The notes under the pieces were generated by a model, which saw only the letters and a list, made by a program, of their open reading frames with translations, made no database searches and was not told the origin of the DNA. DNA of 32,000 nt, taken from assembly GCF_000017845.1 (NCBI RefSeq), contig NC_010547.1, positions 360,001 through 392,000 on the forward strand, in the 5' to 3' direction. The translations under genes were made by a program, and so were the position numbers. Positions 1-6,383 of the stretch are shown here, in pieces. This DNA comes from Crocosphaera subtropica ATCC 51142. GTDB taxonomy: Bacteria; Cyanobacteriota; Cyanobacteriia; Cyanobacteriales; Microcystaceae. Position 1 is the stretch's first letter; the number at the start of each line of letters is the position of its first letter.

Positions 1-191
1 TTAATGTTAAGAGCCGCTAGAATAGGAGAGCGTTTTTCTTGATTGGTAATAATACTGTAGTTGACGTAATCTGCTAAGATATTGTCTCTTAAGCGAGGGT
101 TACTAACCACCAATCCGGCTAAAGAGGGAGCAAAACGGGGTAAAGGTAGTATTATTCCTTCCCCAAGGAAGTTGGGATCATAACCAGTCAT
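1..191 (-). CDS. partial CDS (first 63 codons, continues past the left edge); possibly DNA/RNA non-specific endonuclease family
   Basis: Absent from the ORF track because it has no stop inside the window. The minus-strand ATG at 189-191 opens MTGYDPNFLGEGIILPLPRFAPSLAGLVVSNPRLRDNILADYVNYSIITNQEKRSPILAALNI with no stop down to position 1. The pattern YDPNFLG..LPLP...Y.NYS...R.P...A.NI matches my memory of the segment just upstream of the catalytic core of NucA/Endonuclease_NS proteins. The catalytic motif itself lies outside the window. Confidence 0.4.
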   Translation of the reverse strand, partial: MTGYDPNFLGEGIILPLPRFAPSLAGLVVSNPRLRDNILADYVNYSIITNQEKRSPILAALNI

Positions 192-431
192 CTTGATTAC
201 CTCTGTTTTAGGATTTTTTGTAACGAAACTTACTAAAATAAATCATAGATTTTTTGATAACAATTAAGATTAATTGTATTATTTCTTATGATCCCTAAAC
301 CTATATTCAGCCACAAATATATGGTTAATAGGAGGTTAAAAAAGGTTGATAATCTGGACAAAAGAATCTCTAATTGTTGAAGTTCGATAAGCTAATAAAG
401 TAACAAAAACGGACGGTTTAAGTATTAACTC

Positions 432-1367
432 TTACTGTCCTAATCTTCCGCCTTGACGGGGTAAAGAATAAATCATTATTCTTATTATTCCTACTGCAAC
501 AGTCATAATTCCACCCAGTAAGTAAAGTGACGTATTATTAAACCCGAGGCCAAGAAACCGCATGATCATAAAACACATCAATGCAGCAATAAGAAATGGT
601 GTCCCATCAATCCACTGAGTATGATCCAAAGCATGGCCATCTAACCCTAAATATTCTTCTCTGACAACACGACGAGCTAACATCGGATTACCGCCGGTTC
701 TCTGCTGTAATTCTGCCATTTGTCCTGGTTTTAACTCAATACCTAAGTTAACCGCCTCATCTTCCATAATTTCCCTAATGGCATGATTCGGCAACGGTTC
801 AAGTTCAATCCTGGGAAGTTTGATAAAGATGTCCCGCGCAGGAGGATAAGTGGCCAGTAATAACATCGGTTGCCCTTGTTCATGCAGTTTCTCTAACCAA
901 CAGCGAATAGACACAGGGAAACGGTGAGCATCATCAAGAATAAGAAAGGCCGTATTATTAGATAACCAGTCTGCGATTGCCTCTTGTAATTGCTGGCTAG
1001 TCATGGCCTTCCCTTCGATAGTTTCCGTGTCAATTCCTAAGTCATCAGCAATGGCCATAAAAGTTTGTTTCGCTGTCCCACTACTGGGGGCTGACACTAA
1101 AAATCCTTGTTCTATTACTTCTTGGGTTATCAGTTGTGCGAGGAAACTTTTACCACTTCCCGGTTCACCGATGACCAATAAAGATGAATTAGCCAGTAGG
1201 GCAGCTGCAATTCTTTTTTTTTCTCTGCTTCTATAGCAGATAATTGAATCAGAATCGGAACCAGTACGAATCGATAGCGATCGCCTTTGACCGTTGGGCA
1301 TGACTTGATACGTATAGATGCGTTCTTCGCCGTTTCTGAGTTTACGACGATGGCGTTCAATGGTCAT
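432..1367 (-). CDS. AAA+ ATPase (ExeA/TniB/MuB-like P-loop) with a C-terminal membrane anchor
   Basis: 311-aa ORF. Walker A is GEPGSGKS (aa 67-74) and Walker B is LILDDAH (aa 142-148). The lid-like segments IELEPLP and GGNPMLARR are typical of ExeA/TniB-type ATPases. The last ~65 aa form two hydrophobic helices (FLIAALMCFMIMRFLGLGF and LLGGIMTVAVGIIRIMIYSL). Confidence 0.75.
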   Translation of the reverse strand: MTIERHRRKLRNGEERIYTYQVMPNGQRRSLSIRTGSDSDSIICYRSREKKRIAAALLANSSLLVIGEPGSGKSFLAQLITQEVIEQGFLVSAPSSGTAKQTFMAIADDLGIDTETIEGKAMTSQQLQEAIADWLSNNTAFLILDDAHRFPVSIRCWLEKLHEQGQPMLLLATYPPARDIFIKLPRIELEPLPNHAIREIMEDEAVNLGIELKPGQMAELQQRTGGNPMLARRVVREEYLGLDGHALDHTQWIDGTPFLIAALMCFMIMRFLGLGFNNTSLYLLGGIMTVAVGIIRIMIYSLPRQGGRLGQ

Positions 1368-1382
1368 TTTATTAGTTCCGAT

Positions 1383-1466
1383 TTAGATTAAGACAATGAA
1401 AACTAAACAAATAGCAACTCCTAATAAGGTAGTGGTGGCTTCTTTACATAATCCAAAGAAATTCAT
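1383..1466 (-). CDS. 27-aa hydrophobic micro-ORF immediately upstream of the AAA+ ATPase
   Basis: My own translation is MNFFGLCKEATTTLLGVAICLVFIVLI*. AGGAG sits 9 nt upstream of the ATG, and the stop lies 15 nt before the ATPase start codon. It has one predicted TM helix. It is too short for the ORF track and no homology could be assessed. Confidence 0.3.
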   Translation of the reverse strand: MNFFGLCKEATTTLLGVAICLVFIVLI

Positions 1467-1574
1467 CTTAATATTCTCCTAATTTTCCTTAGTATGCCCT
1501 AATTGAGTGAATAGATTTAAAATTGTGAGTTTTAGGGGATTAAGTTTGAGAGGTCACTAATAGAGTATGATGGG

Positions 1575-1634
1575 CTGTATAGCTGGTTGACCATTTAACT
1601 TGTCAACAAGTTATACAGTAAACAAGTCAACCAG
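1575..1634. promoter_or_regulatory. nested inverted repeats upstream of parA (candidate ParA operator or centromere-like site)
   Basis: CTGGTTGAC (1583-1591) pairs with GTCAACCAG (1626-1634). The palindrome AACTTGT-CA-ACAAGTT lies at 1597-1612, and CTGTATA (1575-1581) pairs with TATACAG (1612-1618). The GTCAAC core occurs three times, and the cluster ends 15 bp before the parA ATG. Confidence 0.4.
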
Positions 1635-1648
1635 TTAAGTTATCAAAT

Positions 1649-2038
1649 ATGATTATTGCGATCGCTAATCAAAAAGGTGGGGTGGCCAAAACCACATCGA
1701 CTATCTGTTTAGGGGGACTATTAGCACAAACAACATCATGTTTGGTGGTGGACTTAGACCCCCAAGGAAACTTAACGGTGGGTAATGGGGTAAACATTGC
1801 TGATGACCAGTTAAGCGTTTATGAGGTAATCACAGAACAAGTAGAAGTCAAAGAAGTTGTTGTTAAAACAAAATCAGGTTTACATTTACTGCCCTCTGAC
1901 ATCTCTTTAGCTAAAGGAGAAACAGAAATACTCACCAAAGTGGGAAACTTTCTGATTCTTAAAGAACGCCTGGAAGTGGTAAGTCATGAATATGACCAAA
2001 GATTGGAGATTGCCGATTGGAGATTGGAGATTGAGTAA
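1649..2038 (+). pseudogene. parA: ParA/Soj-type partition ATPase, truncated after ~116 codons
   Basis: The N-terminus has the deviant Walker A IANQKGGVAKTT and the motif VVDLDPQGN. Similarity ends after HEYD (nt 1996), where ParA proteins continue YDxxxIDxPP. The ORF then reads into heptamer repeats (RLEIADWRLEIE) and stops. No continuation of parA is found downstream. Confidence 0.8.
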
Positions 2039-2186
2039 AAACAAGCCTTTGCTTTCAAGCATTGGTAAATCTAAAATCTATCCTCAAAAATCAACAATTA
2101 ATCTAAAATCTACAATTTTTAATCCCAAGCCCCTGTCTTTTAAGCAGGGGTCAATCTGCAATCTTCCCTCTGTAATCTGCAATTGC
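2001..2186. repeat. STRR-like heptamer arrays in inverted orientation flanking a ~115-bp core (MITE-like or hairpin-forming insertion)
   Basis: The left array is GATTGGA GATTGCC GATTGGA GATTGGA GATTGAG (2001-2035). The right array is CAATCTG CAATCTT CCCTCTG TAATCTG CAATTGC (2152-2186), whose reverse complement carries the same AGATTG(G/C) unit. The core holds a 13-bp direct repeat AATCTAAAATCTA (2068-2080 and 2100-2112) and a hairpin CCCCTG-N9-CAGGGG (2130-2150). Confidence 0.6.
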
Positions 2187-2199
2187 TTGACCTAGCTTG

Positions 2200-2325
2200 A
2201 TGGCCACATCCCAACTTCTGTTTTCGGCAAAGTTAACTCGTTCTAATCCTCCACCAAAGCAACCGTCAGAACGAGACAGGGAATATTTGCGTCCTTATGA
2301 AGTAGAGGCCATGATCCATCACTGA
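2200..2325 (+). pseudogene. N-terminal fragment (41 codons) of a FimB/TnpI-like tyrosine recombinase
   Basis: My own translation is MATSQLLFSAKLTRSNPPPKQPSERDREYLRPYEVEAMIHH*. The segment REYLRPYEVEAMI parallels REYLVPHEVEELI in the intact recombinase at 5688-6284. It stops before any catalytic residues. Confidence 0.55.
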
Positions 2326-2333
2326 ATGATCTA

Positions 2334-4727
2334 TTGTTAAGTCAGTCGTCAGAAAATATAACTCCATTTAATCGACTAAAAACTCTACCCAAACGACCTT
2401 CTCGTAACCATCTCAATGATTTATTAGCCCATGAACACTGGCTAGGTAATTTTGGAGAGATTAGTGATTATGTACAACATATAAACTCAGCCAAAGTTCA
2501 ACATTTTGCCAAAGAAGCTAGAGTTTTAGATGCTACCTCAGTTAAGAGAATTAAACGAAATAAACGCCTAACGCTTTTACTATGTCTTCTCTACGAATCA
2601 AGAAGGAAAAGCCAGGATAATCTCCTAGAAATGTTTTTGAAAAGAATGGCAACTATTCACAAAAAAGCCAAAGATAAACTGGAAGAAATAAGACAACAAC
2701 ACCAGCAAACAAGTGACCAACTCTTATCCACTTTTCAAGAAGTCTTGCAACTGTTGTCTGATGAAGACAAACCGGAAAAACCACAAGAGATTTTAGAAAC
2801 AATACAATCAACTTTAAGTGCTAATGGTGGATTAGACCAACTTCTCAGTCAATGTGAAGCAATAACGGCTTATAAGGGCAATAATTACTATCCGCTTCTC
2901 TGGCGATTCTATCAAAGTCATCGAGCTACGTTCTTTCGATTAATAAAGGCGGTTGAACTAGAATCAACCACTACAGATAACCGATTAATCAATGCTCTCA
3001 ACTTTTTATTAGAAAATAGCCATCGAAGAGGGGAATGGTTAATGGGAAAAGTTGATTTATCATTTACTTCCAAAGAATGGCAAAAAATCGTTATAGTCAC
3101 TCAAAATAAGACTCAAAAAATTGCTCGTCGTCCCTTTGAAGTCTGTATTTTTTCCTACTTCGCATCCGAACTAAAATCGGGAGATGTCTGCGTTAAGCAA
3201 AGTGCTTCTTTTGGGGATTGGCGTAAACAATTAATGCCCTGGGATGAATGTCAGTCAATCATAGAAGATTACTGTGGTTTATTAGATTTGCCTAACTGTG
3301 CAGATAGTTTTATTAAACATCTAAAAGATTGGTTAATAGAAACAGCTAGTCGTGTTGATGAAGGTTATCCAATCAATGAGCAAGTTATTATTAATGAGAA
3401 GGGAGAACCGACTTTAAAGAAACTATTAGCTCGTCCGATTTCAGAAAGTTTGAAAAATTTAGAAGCGATTATTGCTGAGAGAATTCCTAACCGAAACCTA
3501 ATTGATATTTTACAAAATGTAGATTATTGGACTAATTTCACCAGACATTTCGGACCATTAAGTGGTAGTGACCCCAAACTTAAAAATCCCACTGAACGTT
3601 ATTTATTGACAATTTTTACTTATGGTTGCAATTTAGGAGCGTCTCAAGCTGCTCGTCACATGAGAGGGATAGTAAATGCTAAATCTCTTTCTAATATTAA
3701 TAGTCGTCATATTAGTATTGAGCAGTTAAATCGTGGACTGACTGATATTATTAATCGCTATAATGTCCTAGATTTACCTCAATTTTGGGGTCAAGGAGAT
3801 TCGGCTGCTGCTGATGGGACTAAATATGATGTTCAAGAGCAAAACTTGTTATCTGAATACCATATTCGTTATGGTGGATATGGAGGAATTGCTTATCATC
3901 ATGTGGCGGATAAATATATTGCTTTATTCAGTCATTTTATTCCCTGTGGAACTTGGGAAGCTGTTTATATTCTTGAGGGACTTCTCCAAAATAAGTCTAC
4001 ACTTCAACCTCAAAAAATACATGGTGATACTCAAGGTCAATCTACCCCTGTCTTTGCTTTATCTTATCTTTTGGGGATTCAATTAATGCCAAGAATCAGG
4101 AACTGGCAAGACTTAATTTTTTATCGTCCTGATAAAGAGACTGTTTATAAACATATTGATTCTTTGTTTAAAGACTCTATTAATTGGGAACTTTTAAGAA
4201 CCCATTGGACAGATTTGATGCAGGTAGTTTTATCCATTTATACTGGTAAAATTTCTAGTGCTGCTATCCTCCGGAAGTTAGGCAACTATAGTCGCAAAAA
4301 CCGCTTATATAAAGCTTTTCGTGAATTAGGTCGAGTCATCCGCACGATATTTTTATTAGAATATATTTCTGATGGTAAATTGAGACGACAAATTACCGCA
4401 GCCACGAATAAAGTAGAGGCTTATCATGGTTTTTCTAAATGGTTCTTTTTTGGTGGGGATAGTATCATTAATTCTAATAATAGAGAGGAAATGGAAAAGC
4501 GCATCAAGTACAATGATTTAGTCGCTAATGCAGTTATTTTTCAGAATGTTGTTGACTTAACCGAGGTGTTCCAGCAACTTCAAACAGAAGGCTATTTCTT
4601 AGATAAAGAAGATGTTTCGGCTTTGAGTCCTTATTTAACCAGTCATATAAAACGGTTTGGCGATTATTTTCTTGATTTAACGCAAACCCCAACACAATTA
4701 GATGATTTGATGGTTTTAACCTTTTAA
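2334..4727 (+). CDS. tnpA: Tn3-family DDE transposase, N-terminally truncated (about 200 aa missing)
   Basis: 797-aa ORF opening at a TTG. Tn3-family catalytic-region motifs are present: AADGTKYD, HGDTQGQS and ATNKVEAYHGFSKWFFFGG. Its first residues align with roughly aa 210 of the ~990-aa transposase at 6384-9357, so the N-terminal DNA-binding part is absent. Confidence 0.85.
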   Translation: MLSQSSENITPFNRLKTLPKRPSRNHLNDLLAHEHWLGNFGEISDYVQHINSAKVQHFAKEARVLDATSVKRIKRNKRLTLLLCLLYESRRKSQDNLLEMFLKRMATIHKKAKDKLEEIRQQHQQTSDQLLSTFQEVLQLLSDEDKPEKPQEILETIQSTLSANGGLDQLLSQCEAITAYKGNNYYPLLWRFYQSHRATFFRLIKAVELESTTTDNRLINALNFLLENSHRRGEWLMGKVDLSFTSKEWQKIVIVTQNKTQKIARRPFEVCIFSYFASELKSGDVCVKQSASFGDWRKQLMPWDECQSIIEDYCGLLDLPNCADSFIKHLKDWLIETASRVDEGYPINEQVIINEKGEPTLKKLLARPISESLKNLEAIIAERIPNRNLIDILQNVDYWTNFTRHFGPLSGSDPKLKNPTERYLLTIFTYGCNLGASQAARHMRGIVNAKSLSNINSRHISIEQLNRGLTDIINRYNVLDLPQFWGQGDSAAADGTKYDVQEQNLLSEYHIRYGGYGGIAYHHVADKYIALFSHFIPCGTWEAVYILEGLLQNKSTLQPQKIHGDTQGQSTPVFALSYLLGIQLMPRIRNWQDLIFYRPDKETVYKHIDSLFKDSINWELLRTHWTDLMQVVLSIYTGKISSAAILRKLGNYSRKNRLYKAFRELGRVIRTIFLLEYISDGKLRRQITAATNKVEAYHGFSKWFFFGGDSIINSNNREEMEKRIKYNDLVANAVIFQNVVDLTEVFQQLQTEGYFLDKEDVSALSPYLTSHIKRFGDYFLDLTQTPTQLDDLMVLTF

Positions 4728-4939
4728 TATAAATCTTCCCCTCTGGCAAAAAGTTCAATAACTTCTGTTCTGGTAATATGATTTTTTTCGGCAATTTCTG
4801 CCAGCAATTCCCAGGCTGTATCCGTTAATCTCATGCTTCTTAATCGTTTTGTTTCTCCTGCGTAGTCAGGAGTAAACGTTCCATCTTCTGCGTGTGGTCG
4901 TCGGGGAGATTTCTTTCTGGTTCCTTCATATTGATTCAT
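4724..4939 (-). CDS. small ribbon-helix-helix (CopG/Arc-like) DNA-binding protein inside the Tn3-family remnant
   Basis: 71-aa ORF. The basic, disordered N-terminus is followed by the strand-helix-helix pattern RSMRLTDTAWELLAEIAEKNHITRTEVIELFARG. It is convergent with tnpA and overlaps its 3' end by 4 nt. It lies inside the element's right inverted repeat. Confidence 0.6.
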   Translation of the reverse strand: MNQYEGTRKKSPRRPHAEDGTFTPDYAGETKRLRSMRLTDTAWELLAEIAEKNHITRTEVIELFARGEDLY

Positions 4940-4969
4940 CGGTTGATTCTTGGACTTGCTTTCCTCCTA

Positions 4970-5003
4970 GTATATACATGGTTGAACACTGTATATACAT
5001 GGT
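4970..5003. promoter_or_regulatory. two 13-bp direct repeats (candidate RHH operator)
   Basis: GTATATACATGGT occurs at 4970-4982 and 4991-5003, a 21-bp spacing. Each copy contains the 8-bp palindrome GTATATAC. The repeats lie 31-64 bp upstream of the RHH start codon. Confidence 0.4.
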
Positions 5004-5020
5004 CTATTTACAAAACTTTA

Positions 5021-5058
5021 CATCGTGGCTGATTTTGCACGTATTCTTTCCATACCCC
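5021..5058. repeat. candidate 38-bp terminal inverted repeat (right end) of Tn3-family element 1
   Basis: Read inward from 5058 it is GGGGTATGGAAAGAATACGTGCAAAATCAGCCACGATG(TAAAG). The GGGG outer end and the internal ACG..TAAG-like end are the Tn3-family signature, and from memory it resembles the Tn4430 IR. The cadherin-like reading frame begins exactly at 5059. No matching left copy is present in the window. Confidence 0.55.
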
Positions 5059-5644
5059 AAATCAGGCCCCAGACGGCATGATTATTGACCCAGATACAGG
5101 GGTAATAAGCTGGCAACCCGACTTTACGGATATTGGGGAAAATACCATCACTGTTGAGGTATTTGATTCCCTCTTACAGTCCGCAACTCAAGAATTTACC
5201 CTCAAAGTAACCGGACAAAATACACCCCCCAATATTACCTCTAACCCCATCACTCAGATAGGCGTTACCCAAACTTATCGCTATGATGTAGAAGCACAAG
5301 ATCCCGAAAACAATCCCTTAACCTACCGTTTTGCCCAACGTCCCGACGGCATGACCATTGACCCAGAAACGGGGGTCATTACATGGCAACCGACGGAAAT
5401 CGGTAGTTATGACGTAGAAGTAACCGTTACCGATACGCAAGGGGGTCTAAGTCGTCAAATTTACACCATAGAAGTCATTACTCAACCCATTAACCAAGCC
5501 CCCGTCATTACCTCTACCCCAGGGTTACGGGCCGATGTTGAAACGCTCTACAGCTATCAAATTATTGCCAATGATCCCGATGGTGACAGCTTAACCTATC
5601 AGTTAATCGATGCCCCTGTGGGTATGACCATTAACAGTAATACC
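5059..5644 (+). pseudogene. internal fragment of a cadherin-like / putative-Ig (He_PIG-type) repeat protein gene
   Basis: About 95-aa repeats each carry PDGM(I/T)IDP(D/E)TGVI(S/T)WQP and xTYxL. The frame is open from 5059 (NQAPDGMIID...), and the homologous sequence ends at ..DAPVGMTINSNT, where the left IR of element 2 starts (5645). There is no N-terminus, signal peptide or C-terminus. Confidence 0.75.
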
Positions 5645-5683
5645 CGCCTTTGTATAGCAACGGAGAAATTTTGGTCGGTAAGG
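5645..5683. repeat. IR-L of Tn3-family element 2
   Basis: CGCCTTTGTATAGCAACGGAGAAATTTTGGTCGGTAAGG is the exact reverse complement of 9358-9396 (39/39 by my alignment). Confidence 0.9.
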
Positions 5684-5687
5684 AAAT

Positions 5688-6284
5688 TTAGTCAGACCAA
5701 AACTGGTTAAAGCAATTAGCTGAAAGCGTTGTGTAGCGTACAGTGTGTTGAATATTCTTGTGACCTAGATATTGTTGAATCATCCGTATATCATGTCCGT
5801 CATTAACTAACTTATAGCCACAAGCGTGTCGGAGCATATGAGGATGAACTGGAAAAGAGATTGAAGAACACTCAGCGACACGAGTCAACAGTTTACGAAA
5901 ACCAGCAGTGGTCATGGGACTTCCTCGTTCTGTAACAAACAGATAGGATGAAGGTGGAGATTCTCGTTTAAGTTTTCTCAATGCTCGTAGTTCTGGCCCT
6001 CTCAAAGGATGAACGCTGGGGAGGCCCTGTTTCAATCGTTGAACATGAAACAAACCCGTATCAAAATCGATCTGTTCCCATCGCAAAGCACATAATTCTG
6101 ATACTCTAAGACCATGACGATAGGTAAGTAAGATCATTGTGGCATCACGATGTCCATAGCGACCACGTTTTTTTGCCACAGCAATTAACTCTTCAACTTC
6201 ATGAGGAACTAAATATTCACGAGGTCTTTTCTCTTTGTAAGGAACAAAGGTCGGTGGAACTGTCCCACTTTTGATGTCTGGCAT
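5688..6284 (-). CDS. tyrosine site-specific recombinase (FimB/FimE/TnpI-like), probable cointegrate resolvase of element 2
   Basis: Catalytic-domain motifs are present: YRHGLRVSEL, HPHMLRHACGYKL and LGHKNIQHTVRYT (R..HxxR..Y). I prefer the ATG at 6284 (MPDIKSG), which has GAGGAG 6 nt upstream. The ORF track extends it to 6323. Confidence 0.85.
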   Translation of the reverse strand: MPDIKSGTVPPTFVPYKEKRPREYLVPHEVEELIAVAKKRGRYGHRDATMILLTYRHGLRVSELCALRWEQIDFDTGLFHVQRLKQGLPSVHPLRGPELRALRKLKRESPPSSYLFVTERGSPMTTAGFRKLLTRVAECSSISFPVHPHMLRHACGYKLVNDGHDIRMIQQYLGHKNIQHTVRYTTLSANCFNQFWSD

Positions 6285-6377
6285 TGTTTGACTCCTCAAC
6301 GCAATCAAGGGTATTCGAGCCAATTTTGGGACTCAAACTGTCCCACTTACAGTTTATAGTGAGACAGTTTAACTGTG
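6256..6377. promoter_or_regulatory. candidate recombination (IRS/res-like) site and divergent promoter region between the recombinase gene and tnpA
   Basis: The 13-bp direct repeat AACTGTCCCACTT occurs at 6258-6270 and 6336-6348. AAACTGTC (6335-6342) is inverted relative to GACAGTTT (6363-6370). Extra ACAGTTT/AACTGTG copies lie at 6349-6355 and 6371-6377, and GGGAC-N7-GTCCC lies at 6328-6344. Confidence 0.45.
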
Positions 6378-6383
6378 TAAATA

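Larger units (their letters stand above)
2200..5058 (+). mobile_element. rearranged Tn3-family transposon remnant (element 1)
   Basis: It comprises a recombinase N-terminal stub, a 5'-truncated tnpA, an RHH passenger gene and a GGGG-type right IR. The left IR and the tnpA 5' end are missing. Confidence 0.6.

Noticed and set aside
1003-1360. ORFs 1003-1236 (+) and 1130-1360 (-) inside or overlapping the AAA+ ATPase gene
   Set aside because: They are fully embedded in a longer ORF that has clear Walker motifs. They have no motifs of their own and low-complexity translations, so they are shadow frames.
2001-2186. Possible CRISPR array, suggested by the short regular repeats
   Set aside because: The repeat units are 7 bp and directly tandem with no spacers, and the 13-bp repeats occur only twice. 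No cas genes are present. It is not a CRISPR.
2147-2186. GGGGTCAATCTGCAATC... as the missing left IR of Tn3-family element 1
   Set aside because: Apart from GGGGT it shares nothing with the right-end IR (GGGGTATGGAAAGAATACG...). The sequence is accounted for by the heptamer array.
1986-2195. 69-aa ORF reading through the heptamer and AATCT repeats
   Set aside because: Its translation (DWRLPIGDWRL..., KSKIYPQKSTINLKSTIF) is just the periodic repeat read as protein. It has no start context.
2918-4794. ORFs 2918-3100 (-), 3814-4086 (+) and 4534-4794 (-) within or antisense to tnpA of element 1, and 4894-5088 (+) across the RHH promoter and IR
   Set aside because: They are embedded in or antisense to a gene with strong family motifs, or they span a transposon end. 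Their translations are hydrophobic and low-complexity, and I recognise no motifs.
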